Shown here piece by piece: positions 1 through 13,699 of a stretch of 64,000 nucleotides of DNA. The stretch's first letter is position 1. Each line of letters opens with the position of its first letter. Made by a program: the position numbers and the translations under genes. Source of the DNA: the human T2T-CHM13v2.0 reference genome, Homo sapiens; assembly GCF_009914755.1 (NCBI RefSeq), contig NC_060933.1, one strand, 5' to 3'. The notes under the pieces were generated by a model. That model made no database searches. It saw only the letters and a list, made by a program, of their open reading frames with translations, and had not been told where the DNA came from.

Positions 1-719
1 AATAGAATGGAATGGAACGAATTGTAATGGAATGGAATTGAATGGAATGGAATGGAATCAACGCGAGTGCAGGGGAATGTAATGGACCGGAATGCAATGG
101 AATGGAATCATCCGGAATGGAATGGAATGGAATGGAATGGAATGGAATGGAATCAACCCGACTGCAATGGAATGGAGTGGAATGGAATGGAATGGAATGG
201 AACACCCGAATGGAATGGAATGTAATGGAGAGTAAGGGAGTTGAATAGAATCAATCCGAATGTAATGGAATGGAATGCAACGGAATGGAATGGAATGCAA
301 TGGAATGGAATGCAATGGAATGGAATCAACCCGAGTACAATGGAATGGAATGGAATGGAATGGAATGGAATGGAATGGAATGGAATGATAAGGAATAGAA
401 TGGAATGGAACGAAATGGAATGGAATGGAATGGAATGGAATGGAATGGAATGGAATGGAATCTTTCCGAGTGGAATAGGAGGGAATGTATTCGAGTGGAA
501 TGGAAAGGAATGGAATCAACCAGAGTGGAATGGAAGGGAATGGAATGGAATGGAAACTAATAGAATGGAATCAACCCGAGTGGAAAGGAATGGAAAGGAC
601 TGGAATGGAATGGAATGGAATGGAATGGAATCAACCCGAGTGCAGGGTAATGGAATGGAATGGAATGCAATGGAATGGAATCATCCGGAATGGAATGGAA
701 TGGAATGGAATGGAAGGAA

Positions 720-3700
720 CCCGTGTGCAATGTAATGGAACGGAATGGAATGGAATGGATTCAACTCGAAAGGAATCAACTCGATTGCAATGGAATGGAA
801 TGGAATCGAAAGGAATAGAATGTAATCAACCCGAGTGGAATGCAATGGAAAGGACTGGAATGGAGTGGAATGGAATGGAATGGAATGGAATCAAATCGAT
901 TGGAATGGAATGGAATGGAATGGAATGGAATGGAATCAACTCGATTGCAATGGAATGGAATGGAATGGAATGGAATAGAATGGAATGGAATGGAATGGAA
1001 TTAACCCGAATAGAATGGAATGGAATGGAATGGAATGGAACGGAATGTAATGGAATGGAATGGAATCAACCGGAGTGCAGGGGAATGGAATGGAATGGAA
1101 TGCAATGGAATGGAATCATCCGGAATGGAATGGAATGGAATGGAATGGAATGGAATGGAATCAGCTCGATTTCAGTGGAATGGAATGGAATATAATGGAA
1201 TGGAATTAACACGAATAGAAAGCAATGGAATGGAATGGAATGGAACGGAAGGAATGGAGTGGAAAGGAATGGAATCAACCCGAGTGCAGGGGAATGGAAT
1301 GGAATGGAATGCAATGGAATGGAATCATCCGTAATGGAATGGAAAGGAATGGAATGGAATGGAATGGAATGGAATGGAATGGAATCAACTCGATTGCAAT
1401 CGAATGGAATGGAATGGAATTAACCCGAATAGAGTGGATTGGAATGGAATGGAACGGAACGGAAAGGAACGGAATGGAATGGAATGGAATGGAATGGAAT
1501 GGAATGGAACGGAAAGGAATGGAATGGAATGGAATGGAATGGAATGGAATGGAATGGAATGCAATGGAATGGAATGGAATCAACGCGAGTGCAGGGGAAT
1601 GGAATGGAATGGAATGGAATGGAATGGAATGGAATCAACTCGATTGTAATCGAATGGAATGGAATGGAATTAACCCGAATAGAATGGAATGGAATGGAAT
1701 GGAACGGAACGGAATGGAATGGAATGGAATGGAATGGAATGGAACGGAAAGGAATGGAATGGAATGGAATGGAATGGAATGGAATCAACGCGAGGGCAGG
1801 GGAATGGAATGGAATGGAATGCAATGGAATGGAATCTTCCGGAATGGAATGGAATGGAATGCAATGGAATGCAATGGATTCAACTCGATTGCAATGGAAT
1901 GGAATAGAATGGAATGGAATGGAATGGAATGGAATGGAATTAACCCGAATAGAATGGAATGGATTGGAATGGAACGGAACGGAACGGAACGGAACGGAAT
2001 GGAATGGAATGGAATGGAATGGAATGGAATTGTATGGAATGGAATGGAATGGTACGGAATAGAATGGAATGGAAAGAATTGGAATGGAATGGAATCGAAT
2101 GGAATGGTATGGAATGGAATGGAATGGAATGGAATCAACCCGAGTGCAGGGGAATGTAATGTGACGGAATGCAATGGAATGGAATCATACGGAATGGAAT
2201 GGAATGGAATGGAATGGAATGGAATGGAATCGAATGGAATCAACCCGAGTGCAATGGAATGGTGTGGAATGGAATGGAATGGAATGGAACAACACGAATG
2301 GAATGGAATGTAGTGGAGAGTAAGGGAGTTGAATAGAATCAACCCGAATGTAAAGGAATGGAATGGAACGGAATGGAATGGAATGGAATGCAATGGAATG
2401 GAATCAACCCGAGTACAATGGAATGGAATGGAATGGAATAGAATGGAATGGAATGGAATGGAATGGAATGGAATGGAATGGAATGGAATGGAATGGAATG
2501 GAATCAACCTGAGTGCAATGGAATGCATAGGAATGGAATGGAATGGAATGGAATCTACCCGAATGGAATGGAATGTAATGAAGTGTAAGGGAATTGAATA
2601 GAATCAATCCGAATGTAATGGAATGGAATGGAACGGAATGGAATGGAATGGAATGGAATGCAATGCAATGGAATCAACCCGAGTGCAATCGAATGGAATC
2701 GAATGGAATGGAATGCAATGGCATGGATTCAACTTGAATGGAATGGAAAGAATGTAATCAACACGAGTGGAATGGCATGGATTGGAATGGAATGGAATGG
2801 AATCAACCCGAGTACAGGAGAATGGAATGGAATGGAATGCAATGGAATGGAATCATCAGTAACGGAATGGAAAGGAACGGAATGGAATGGAATGGAATGG
2901 AATGGAATGAACTCGATTGCAATCGAATGGAATGGAATGGAATTAACCCGAATAGAATGGAATGGAATGGAATGGAACGCACCGGAATGGAATGGAATGG
3001 AATGGAATGGAACGGAATGGAACGGAACGGAACGGAATGGAATGGAATGCAATGGAATGGAATCAACGCGAGTGCAGGAGAATGGAAAGGAATGGAATGG
3101 AATGGAATGGAATCTTCCGGAATGGAATGGAATGGAATGGAATGGAATGCAATGGATTCAAATCGATTGCAATGGAATGGAATAGAATGGAATGGAATGG
3201 AATGGAATGGAATTAACCCTAATAGAATGGAATGGAATGGAATGGAACGGAATGGAACGGAATGCAATGGAATGGAATGGAATGGAATGGAATGGAATGG
3301 AATGGAATGGTATGGAATGGAATGGAATGGTACGGAATAGAATGGAATGGAACGACTTGGAATGGAATGGAGTCGAATGGAATGGAATGGAATGGAATGG
3401 AATGGAATCAACGCAAGTGCAGGGGAATGTAATAGAACGGAATGCAATGGAATGGAATCATCCGGAATAGAATGGAATGGAATGAAGTGGAATGGAATCA
3501 ACCCGAGTGCAATGGAATGGAGTGGAATGGAATGGAATGGAATGGAACAAGCCGAATGGAATGGAATGTAATGGAGAGTAAGGGAGTTGAATAGAATTAA
3601 TCCGAATGGAATGGAATGTAATTGAGAGTAAGGAAGTTGAATAGAATGAATCCGAATGTAATGGAATGGAATGGAACAGAATGGAATTGAATGGAATGGA

Positions 3701-6700
3701 ATGGAATGCAATGGAATGGAATCAACCCGAGTACAATGGAATGAAATGGAATGGAATGGAATGGAATGGAATTGAATGGAATGGAATGGCTTCAAACCGA
3801 ATGGAATGGAAAGGAATGGAATCAACACGAGTGGAATGGAATGGAATGGAATGGAATGGTACGGAATAGAATGGAATGGAACGAAATGGAATGGTATGGA
3901 ATGGAATGGAATGGAATGGAATGGAATGGAATGGAATGGAATGGAATCGTTCCGAGTGGAATAGGAGGGAATGTATTCGAGTGGAATGGAAAGGAATGGA
4001 ATCAACCAGAGTGGAATGGAAGGGAATGGAATGAAATGGAAACAAATAGAATGGAATCAACCCGAGTGGAAAGGGATGGAAAGGAATGGAATGGAGTGGA
4101 ATGGAATGGAATGGAAAGGAATGGAATCAACTCGATTGTAATGGAATGGAATGGAATGGAATGGAATGGAATGGAATGGAATTAACCCGAATACAATGGA
4201 ATGGAATGGAATGGAACGGAATGGAGTGGAATGGAATGGAATCAACCCGAGTTTAGGGGAATGGAATGGAATGGAATGCAATGGAATGGAATCATCCGGA
4301 ATGGAATGGTATGGAATGGAATGCAATGCAATGGAATCAACTCGATTGCAATGGAATGGAATGGAAAGGAATAGAATGGAATCAACCCGAGTGGAATGGA
4401 ATGGAAAGGACTGGAATGGAGTGGAATGGAATGGAATGGAATGGAATTAACTCGATTGGAATGGAATGGAATGGAATGGAATGGAATTAACCCGAATAGA
4501 ATGGAATGGAATGGAATGGAACGGAATGGAATGGAATGGAATGGAATGGAATGGAATGCAATGGAATGGAATCAGCCAGACTGTAGGGGAATGGAATGGA
4601 ATGGAATGCAATGGAATGGAATCATCCGGAACGGAATGGAATGGAATGGAATGGAATCAACTCGATTGCAATGGAATGGAATGGAATGGAATGGAATCGA
4701 ATGGAATGGAATGGAATTAACCCGAATAGAATGGAATGGAATGGAATGGAAAGGAATGGAAGGGAATGGAATGGAATGTAATCAACCCGAGTGCAGGGGA
4801 ATGTAATAGAATGGAGTGCAGTGGAATGGAATCATCCGGAATGGAATGGAATGAAATGGAATGCAATCAAGCTGATGCAATGGAATGGAGTGGAATGGAA
4901 TGGAATGGAATGGAAACATCCCGAATGGAATGGAATGTAATGCAGTGTAAGGGAATTGAATAGAATCAATCCGAATGTAATGGAATGGAATGGAATGAAA
5001 TGGAATGGAATGGAATGGAAGGGAATCAACCAGAGTGCAATGGAATGGATTCGAATGGAATGGAATGGAATGGAATGGATTCAACAAGAATGGAATGGAA
5101 AGGAATGGAATCAACCCGAGTGTAATGGCATGGAATGGAACGGAATGGAATGGGATGGAATGGAATGGTACGCATTAGAATGGAATGGAATGAAATGGAA
5201 TGGAATGGAATGGAATGCAATGGAATGGAATGGAATGGAATGAACCCGTGTGCAATGGAATGGAATGGAATGGAATGGAATGGAATGGATTCAACTCGAA
5301 TGGAAACAACGCGATTGAAATGGAATGGAATGGAATGGAAAGGAATAGAATGGAATCAACCCGAGTGGAATGGAATGGAAAGGACTGGAATGGAATGGAA
5401 TGGAATGGAATCAACTCGATTGTAATGGAATGGAATGGAATGGAATGGAATGGAATTAACCCGAATAGAATGGAATGGAATGGAATGGAACGGAATGGAA
5501 TAGAATGGAATGGAATGGAATGGAATGGAAAGGAATCAACCCGAGTGCAGGGGAATGGAATGGAATGGAATGCAATGGAATGGAATCATCTGGAACGGAA
5601 TGGAATGGAATGGAATGGAATCAACTCGATTGCAATGGAATGGAATGGAATGAAATGGAATGGAATGGAATGGAATGGAATGGAATGGAATGGAATGGAA
5701 TGGAATTCACCCGAATAGAATGGAATGGAATGGAATGGAATGGAAAGGAATGGAAGGGGAGGGAATGGAATGTAATCAACCCGAGTGCAGGGGAATGGAA
5801 TGGAATGGAATGCAATGGAATGGAATCATCTGGAATGGAATGGAATGGAATGGAATGGAATTGAATGGAATGGAATGGAATGGAATGGAATCAACCCGAT
5901 GCAATGGAATGGAGTGGAATGGAATGGAATGGAATGGAAACATCCCGAATGGAATGGAATGTAATGGAGTGTAAGGGAATTGAATAGAATCAATCCGAAT
6001 GTAATGGAATGGAATGGAATGAAATCGAATGGAATGGAATGGAATGGAATCAACCCGAGTGTAATGGCATGGAATGGAATGGAATGGAATGGGATGGAAT
6101 GGAATGGTACGGAATAGAATGGAATGGAATGAAATGGAATGGAATGGAATGGAATGGAATGGAATGAACCCGTGTGCAATGTAATGGAATGGAACGGAAT
6201 GGAATGGATTCAACTCGAAAGGAATCAACTCGATTGCAAAGGAATGGAATGGAATGGAAAGGAATAGAATGGAATCAACCCGGGTGGAATGGAATGGAAA
6301 GGACTGGAATGCAGTGGAATGGAATGGAAAGGTATTTAATCAAATCGATTGGAATGGAATGGAATGGAATGGAATGGAATGGAATCAACTCTATTGCAAT
6401 GGAATGGAATGGAATGGAATGGAATGGAATGGAATGGAATGGAATGGAATGGAATTAACCCGAATAGAATGGAATGGAATGGAGTGGAACGGAATGTAAT
6501 GGAATGGAATGGAATCAACCCGAGTGCAGGGGAATGGAATCGAATGGAATGCGATGGAATGGAATCATCCGGAATGGAATGGAATGGAATGGAATGGAAT
6601 GGAATGGAATGGAATCAACTCGATTTCAATGGAATGGAATGGAATATAATGGAATGGAATTAACACGAATAGAAAGGAATGGAATGGAATGGAATGGAAC

Positions 6701-7500
6701 GGAAAGAATGGAGTGGAATGGAATGGAATTAACCCGAGTGCAGGGTAATGGAATGGAATGGAATGCAATGGAATGGAATCATAGGTAATGGAATGGAAAG
6801 GAATGGAATGGAATGGAATGGAATGGAATGGAATGGAATGGAATCAACTCGATTGTAATCGAATGGAATGGAATGGAATTAACCCGAATAGAATGGAATG
6901 AAATGGAATGGAACGGAACGGAATTGAATGGAATGGAATGGAATGGAATGGAACGGAACGGAAAGGAATGGAATGGAATGGAATGGAATGGAATGGAATG
7001 GAATGGAATGGAATCAACGCGAGTGCAGGGGAATGGAATGGAATGGAATGCAATGGAATGGAATCTTCCGGAATGGAATGGAATGGAATGGAATGGAATG
7101 GAATGGAATGGAATGCAGTGGATTCAACTCGATTGCAATGGAATGGAATAGAATGGAATGGAATGGAATGGAATGGAATGGAATGGAATGGAATTAACAC
7201 TAATAGAATGGAATGGAATGGAATGGAACGGAATGGAATGGAATGGAATGGAATGGAATGGAATGGAATGGTATGGAATGGAATGGAATGGTACGGAATA
7301 GAATGGAATGGAACGAATTGGAATGGAATGGAATGGAATGGAATGGAATGGAATGGAATGGAATCAACGCGACTGCAGGGGAATGTAATAAAACGAATGC
7401 AATGGAATGGAATCATCCGGAATGGAATGGAATGGAATGGAATGGAATGGAATCAACCCGAGTGCAATGGAATGGAGTGGAATGGAATGGAATGGAATGG
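720..7500 (+). repeat. Dispersed direct duplication: ~720-2300 is homologous to ~6170-7500 (offset ~5.45 kb, shrinking to ~5.2 kb)
   Basis: Shared rare variants in the same order: GAACCCGTGTGC (717/6166), CAACTCGAAAGGAATCAACTCG (762/6211), CAAATCGATTGG (892/6341), CGATTTC (1168/6621), GGAATATAATGG (1187/6641), TAACACGAATAGAAAG (1207/6661). Confidence 0.75.
4700..6450 (+). repeat. Older ~0.9-1.0 kb tandem duplication (~4700-5450 vs ~5700-6450)
   Basis: Shared markers GGAAACATCCCGAAT (4912/5936), GTGTAATGGCATGG...GGGATGG (~5120/~6060) and GAACCCGTGTGC (5242/6166). The copies carry several substitutions and indels. Confidence 0.65.
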
Positions 7501-10500
7501 AACAACCCGAAAGGAATGGAAAGTAATGGAGATTAAGGCAGTTGAATAGAATGAATCCGAATGGAATGGAATGGAATGGAACGGAATGGAATGGAATGGA
7601 ATGGAATGGAATGCAATGGAATGGAATCAACCCGAGTACAATGGAATGGAATGGAATGGAATGGAATGGAATGGAATTGAATGGAATGGAATGGCTTCAA
7701 ACCGAATGGAATGGAAAGGAATGGAATCAAGACGAGTGGAATGGAATGGAATGGAATGGAATGGAATGGAATGGAATGGTACGGAATAGAATGGAATGGA
7801 ACGAAATGGAATGGAATTGAATGGAATGGAATCGTTCCGAGTGGAATAGGAGGGAATGTATTCGAGTGGAATGGAAAGGAATGGAATCAACCAGAGTGGA
7901 ATGGAAAGGAATGGAATGGAATGGAATGGAATGGAATGGAATGGAATGGAATCAACTCAATTGTAATGGAATGGAATGGAATGGAATGGAATGGAATGGA
8001 ATGGAATGGAATGGAATTAACCCGAATACAATGGAATGGAATGGAATGGAACGGAATGGAGTGAAATGGAATGGAATCAACCCGAGTGCAGGGGAATGTA
8101 ATGGAACGGAATGCAATGGAATGGAATCATCCGGAATGGAATGGAATGGAATGGAATGCAATGGAATGGAATCAACCCGAGTGCAATGGAATGGAGTGGA
8201 ATGGAATGGAATGGAATGGAACAACCAGAATGGAATGTAATGTAATGGAGTGTAAGGGAGTTGAATAGAATCAATCCGAATGTAATGGAATGGAATGGAA
8301 CGGAATGGAATGGAATGGAATGGAATGGAATGCAATGGAATGGAATCAACCGGAGTACAAAGGATTGGAATGGAATGGAATGGAATGGAATGGAATGCAA
8401 TGGAATGGAAACAACCCGAGTGCAATGGAATGGAGAGGAATGGAATGGAATGGAATGGAAACTACCTGAAAGGAATGGAATGTAATGAAGTGTAAGGGAA
8501 TTCAATAGAATCAATCCGAATGTAATGGAATGGAATGGAACGGAATGGAATGGAATGGAATGGAATGCAATGGAATGGAATCAACCCGAGTGCAATCGAA
8601 TGGAATCGAATTGAATGGAATGCAATGGAATGGATTCAACTTGAATGGAATGGAAAGAATGGAATCAACACGAGCGGAATGGCATGGATTGGAATGGAAT
8701 GGAATGGAATCAACCCGAGTACAGGGGAATGGAATGGAATGGAATGCAATAGAATGGAATCATCAGTAATGGAATGGAAAGGAATGGAATGGAATGGAAT
8801 TGAATGGAATGAAATCGATTGCAATCGAATGGAATGGAATGGAATTAACCCGAATAGAATGGAATGGAATGGAATGGAATGGAACGGAACGGAACGGAAT
8901 GGAATGGAATGGAATGGAATGGAATGGAATGGAATGGAATCAACGTGTGTGCAGGGGAATGGAATGGAATGGAATGCAATGGAATGGAATCTTCCAGAAT
9001 GGAATGGAATGGAATTAAATGGAATGGAATGGAATGCAATGGATTCAACTCGATTGCAATGGAATGGAATAGAATGGAATGAATGGAATGGAATTAACCC
9101 TAATAGAATGGAATGGAATGGAATGGAATGGAATTAACCCTAATAGAATGGAATGGAATGGAATGGAACGGAATGGAACGGAACGGAATGGAATGGAATG
9201 GAATGGAATGGAGTGGAATGGTATGGAATGGAATGGAATGGTACGGAATAGAATGGAATTGAACGAATTGGAATGGAATGGAATGGAACGGAATGGAATG
9301 GAATGGAATGGAGTGGAATGGAATCAACCCGAGTGCAATTGAATGGAATCGAATGGAATGGAATGCAATGGAATGGATTCAACTTGAATGGAAAGGAAAG
9401 AATGGAATCAACACGAGTGGAATGGCATGGATTGGAATGGAATGGAATGGAATCAACCTGAGTACAGGGGAATGGAATGGAATGGAATGCAATGGAATGG
9501 AATCATCCGTAATGGAATGGAAACGAATGGAATGGAATGGAATGGAATGGAATGGAATGGAATGGAATGGAATCAACTCGATTGCAATCGAATGGAATGG
9601 AATGGAATTAACCCGAATAGAATGGAATGGAATGGAATGGAACGGAACGGAATGGAATGGAATGGAATGGAATGGAATGGAATGGAAAGGAATGGAATGG
9701 AATGGAATGGAATGGAATGGAATGGAATGGAATCAACGCGAGTGCAGGGGAATGGAATGGAATCGAATGGAATGGAATGGAATGGAATGGAATCAACCCG
9801 AGTGCAGGGGAATGTAATGCAACAGAATGCAATGGAATGGAATCATCCGGAATGGAATGGAATGGAATGGAATGGAATCAACCCGAGTGCAATGGAATGG
9901 AGTGGAATGGAATGGAATGGAATGGAACAACCCGAAAGGAATGGAAAGTAATGGAGATTAAGGCAGTTGAATAGAATCAATCCGAATGGAATGGAATGGA
10001 ATGGAACGGAATGGAATGGAATGGAATGGAATGGAATGCAATGGAATGGAATCAACCCGAGTACAATGGAATGGAATGGAATGGAATGGAATGGAATTGA
10101 ATGGAATGGAATGGCTTCAAACCGAATGGAATGGAAAGGAATGGAATCAAGACGAGTGGAATGGAATGGAATGGAACGGAATGGAATGGAATGGAATGGT
10201 ACGGAATAGAATGGAATGGAACGAAATGGAATGGAATTGAATGGAATGGAATCGTTCCGAGTGGAATAGGAGGGAATGTATTCGAGTGGAATGGAAAGGA
10301 ATGGAATCAACCAGAGTGGAATGGAAAGGAATGGAATGGAATGGAATGGAATGGAATGGAATGGAATGGAATCAACTCAATTGTAATGGAATGGAATGGA
10401 ATGGAATGGAATGGAATGGAATGGAATTAACCCGAATACAATGGAATGGAATGGAATGGAACGGAATGGAGTGAAATGGAATGGAATCAACCCGAGTGCA

Positions 10501-12330
10501 GGGGAATGTAATGGAACGGAATGCAATGGAATGGAATCATCCGGAATGGAATGGAATGGAATGGAATGCAATGGAAAGGAATCAACCCGAGTGCAATGGA
10601 ATGGAGTGGAATTGAATGGAATGGAATGGAACAACCAGAATGGAATGTAATGTAATGGAGTGTAAGGGAGTTGAATAGAATCAATCCGAATGTAATGGAA
10701 TGGAATGGAACGGAATGGAATGGAATGGAATGGAATGGAATGCAATGGAATGGAATCAACCGGAGTACAAAGGATTGGAATGGAATGGAATGGAATGGAA
10801 TGGAATGCAATGGAATGGAATCAACCCGAGTGCAATGGAATGGAGAGGAATGGAATGGAATGGAATGGAAACTACCCGAAAGGAGTGGAATGTAATGAAG
10901 TGTAAGGGAATTCAATAGAATCAATCCGAATGTAATGGAATGGAATGGAACGGAATGGAATGGAATGGAATGGAATGCAATGGAATGGAATCAACCCGAG
11001 TGCAATCGAATGGAATCGAATTGAATGGAATGCAATGGAATGGATTCAACTTGAATGGAATGGAAAGAATGGAATCAACACGAGCGGAATGGCATGGATT
11101 GCAATGGAATGGAATGGAATCAACCCGAGTACAGGGGAATGGAATGGAATGGAATGCAATAGAATGGAATCATCAGTAATGGAATGGAAAGGAATGGAAT
11201 GGAATGGAATTGAATAGAATGAAATCGATTGCAATCGAATGGAATGGAATGGAATTAAACCGAATAGAATGGAATGGAATGGAATGGAATGGAACGGAAC
11301 GGAACGGAATGGAATGGAATGGAATGGAATGGAATGGAATGGAATGGAATGGAATCAACGTGTGTGCAGGGGAATGGAATGGAATGGAATGCAATGGAAT
11401 GGAATCTTCCAGAATGGAATGGAATGGAATTAAATGGAATGGAATGGAATGCAATGGATTCAACTCGATTGCAATGGAATGGAATAGAATGGAATGAATG
11501 GAATGGAATTAACCCTAATAGAATGGAATGGAATGGAATGGAATGGAATTAACCCTAATAGAATGGAATGGAATGGAATGGAACGGAATGGAACGGAACG
11601 GAATGGAATGGAATGGAATGGAATGGAGTGGAATGGTATGGAATGGAATGGAATGGTACGGAATAGAATGGAATGGAACGAATTGGAATGGAATGGAATG
11701 GAACGGAATGGAATGGAATGGAATGGAGTGGAATGGAATCAACCCGAGTGCAATTGAATGGAATCGAATGGAATGGAATGCAATGGAATGGATTCAACTT
11801 GAATGGAAAGGAAAGAATGGAATCAACACGAGTGGAATGACATGGATTGGAATGGAATGGAATGGAATCAACCTGAGTACAGGGGAATGGAATGGAATGG
11901 AATGCAATGGAATGGAATCATCCGTAATGGAATGGAAACGAATGGAATGGAATGGAATGGAATGGAATGGAATGGAATGGAATGGAATCAACTCGATTGC
12001 AATCGAATGGAATGGAATGGAATTAACCCGAATAGAATGGAATGGAATGGAATGGAACGGAACGGAATGGAATGGAATGGAATGGAATGGAATGGAAAGG
12101 AATGGAATGGAATGGAATGGAATGGAATGGAATGGAATCAACGCGAGTGCAGGGGAATGGAATGGAATCGAATGGAATGGAATGGATTGGAATGGAATCA
12201 ACCCGAGTGCAGGGGAATGTAATGCAACAGAATGCAATGGAATGGAATCATCCGGAATGGAATGGAATGGAATGGAATGGAATCAACCCGAGTGCAATGG
12301 AATGGAGTGGAATGGAATGGAATGGACTGG
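7400..12330 (+). repeat. Tandem duplication, 2 x ~2.41 kb
   Basis: Private variants recur at 2405-2425 bp offset: GGAGATTAAGGCAG (7528/9953), CAAGACGAG (7728/10148), EcoRI GAATTC (8498/10908), CAACGTGTGTG (8941/11356), GCAACAGAATGC (9819/12224). The ORF track repeats with the same offset. Confidence 0.93.
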
Positions 12331-13699
12331 AACAACCCGAATGGAATGGAATGTAATGGAGAGTAAGGGAGTTGAAAAGAATCAATCCGAATGTAATGGA
12401 ATGGAATGGAACGGAATGGAATGGAATGGAATGGAATGGAATAGAATGGAATGGAATGCAATGGAATGCAATCAAACCGAGTACAATGGAATGGAATGGA
12501 ATGGAATGGAATGGAATGGAATGGAATGGAATGGAATGCAATGGAATGGAATCTTCCGGAATGGAATGGAATGGAATGGAATGGAATGGAATGCAATGGA
12601 TTCAACTCGATTGCAATGGAATGGAATAGAATGGAATGGAATGGAATGGAATGGAATGGAATTAAACCGAATAGAATGGAATGGAATGGAATGGAACGGA
12701 ACGGAACGGAACGGAGTGGAATGGAATGGAATGGAATTGTATGGAATGGAATGGAATGGTACGGAATAGAATGGAATGGAAAGAATTGGAATGGAATGGA
12801 ATGGAATGGAATGGAATGGAATGGAATGAAATGGAATCAACCCGAGTGCAGGGGAATGTAATGGAACGGAATGCAATGGAATGGAATCATCCGGAATGGA
12901 ATGCAATGGAATGCAATGCAATGGAATGGAATGGAATGGAATCAACCCGAGTGCAATGGAATGGAGTGGAGTGGAATGGAATGGAATGGAACAACCGAAT
13001 GGAATGGAGTGTAATGGAGAGTAAGGGAGTTGAATAGAATCAATCCGAATGTAATGGAATGGAACGGAATGGAATGGAATGGAATGGAATGGAATGGAAT
13101 GGAATGGAATGGAATGCAATGGAATGGAATCAACCCGAGTACAATGTAATGTAATGTAATGTAATGTAATGGAATGGAATGTAATGGAATGCAATGGAAT
13201 GGAATGGAATGGAATCAACCCGAGTGCAATGGAATGGAGAGGAAAGGAATGGAATGGAATGGAAACTACCCGAATGGAATGGAATGTAATGGAGTGTAAG
13301 GGAATTGAATAGAATCAATCCGAATGGAATGGAATGGAATGGAACGGAATGTAATGGAATGGAATGGAATGGAATCAACGCGAGTGCAGGGGAATGGAAT
13401 GGAATGGAATGCAATGGAATGGAATCATCCGGAATGGAATGGAATGGAATGCAATGGAATGGAATTGAATGGAATCAACCCGAGTGCAATGGAATGGAGT
13501 GAAATGGAATGGAATGGAATGGAAACAACCAGAATGGATTGGAATATAATGGAGTGTAAGGGAATTGAATAGAATCAATCTGAATGTAATGAAATGGAAT
13601 GGAACGGAATGGAATGGAATGGAATGGAATGGAATGGAATGGAATGCAATGGAATGGAATCAACCCGAGTGAAATCGAATGGAATAGAATGGAATGGAA

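Noticed and set aside
241-258. TTGAATAGAATCAATCC as a DUX4 site
   Set aside because: Spacing and sequence do not fit the 11-bp TAAYYYAATCA consensus.
1836-1845. TTCCGGAA as a STAT GAS element
   Set aside because: GAS needs TTC-N3/N4-GAA. The spacing here is N2, which is the HSE geometry instead.
3948-3990. GGAATCGTTCCGAGT as an additional HSE, and AGGAGG as a Shine-Dalgarno site
   Set aside because: GAA and TTC are separated by 3 nt and the third unit is GAG, so the geometry is non-canonical. AGGAGG is coincidental in a eukaryotic satellite with no real downstream gene.
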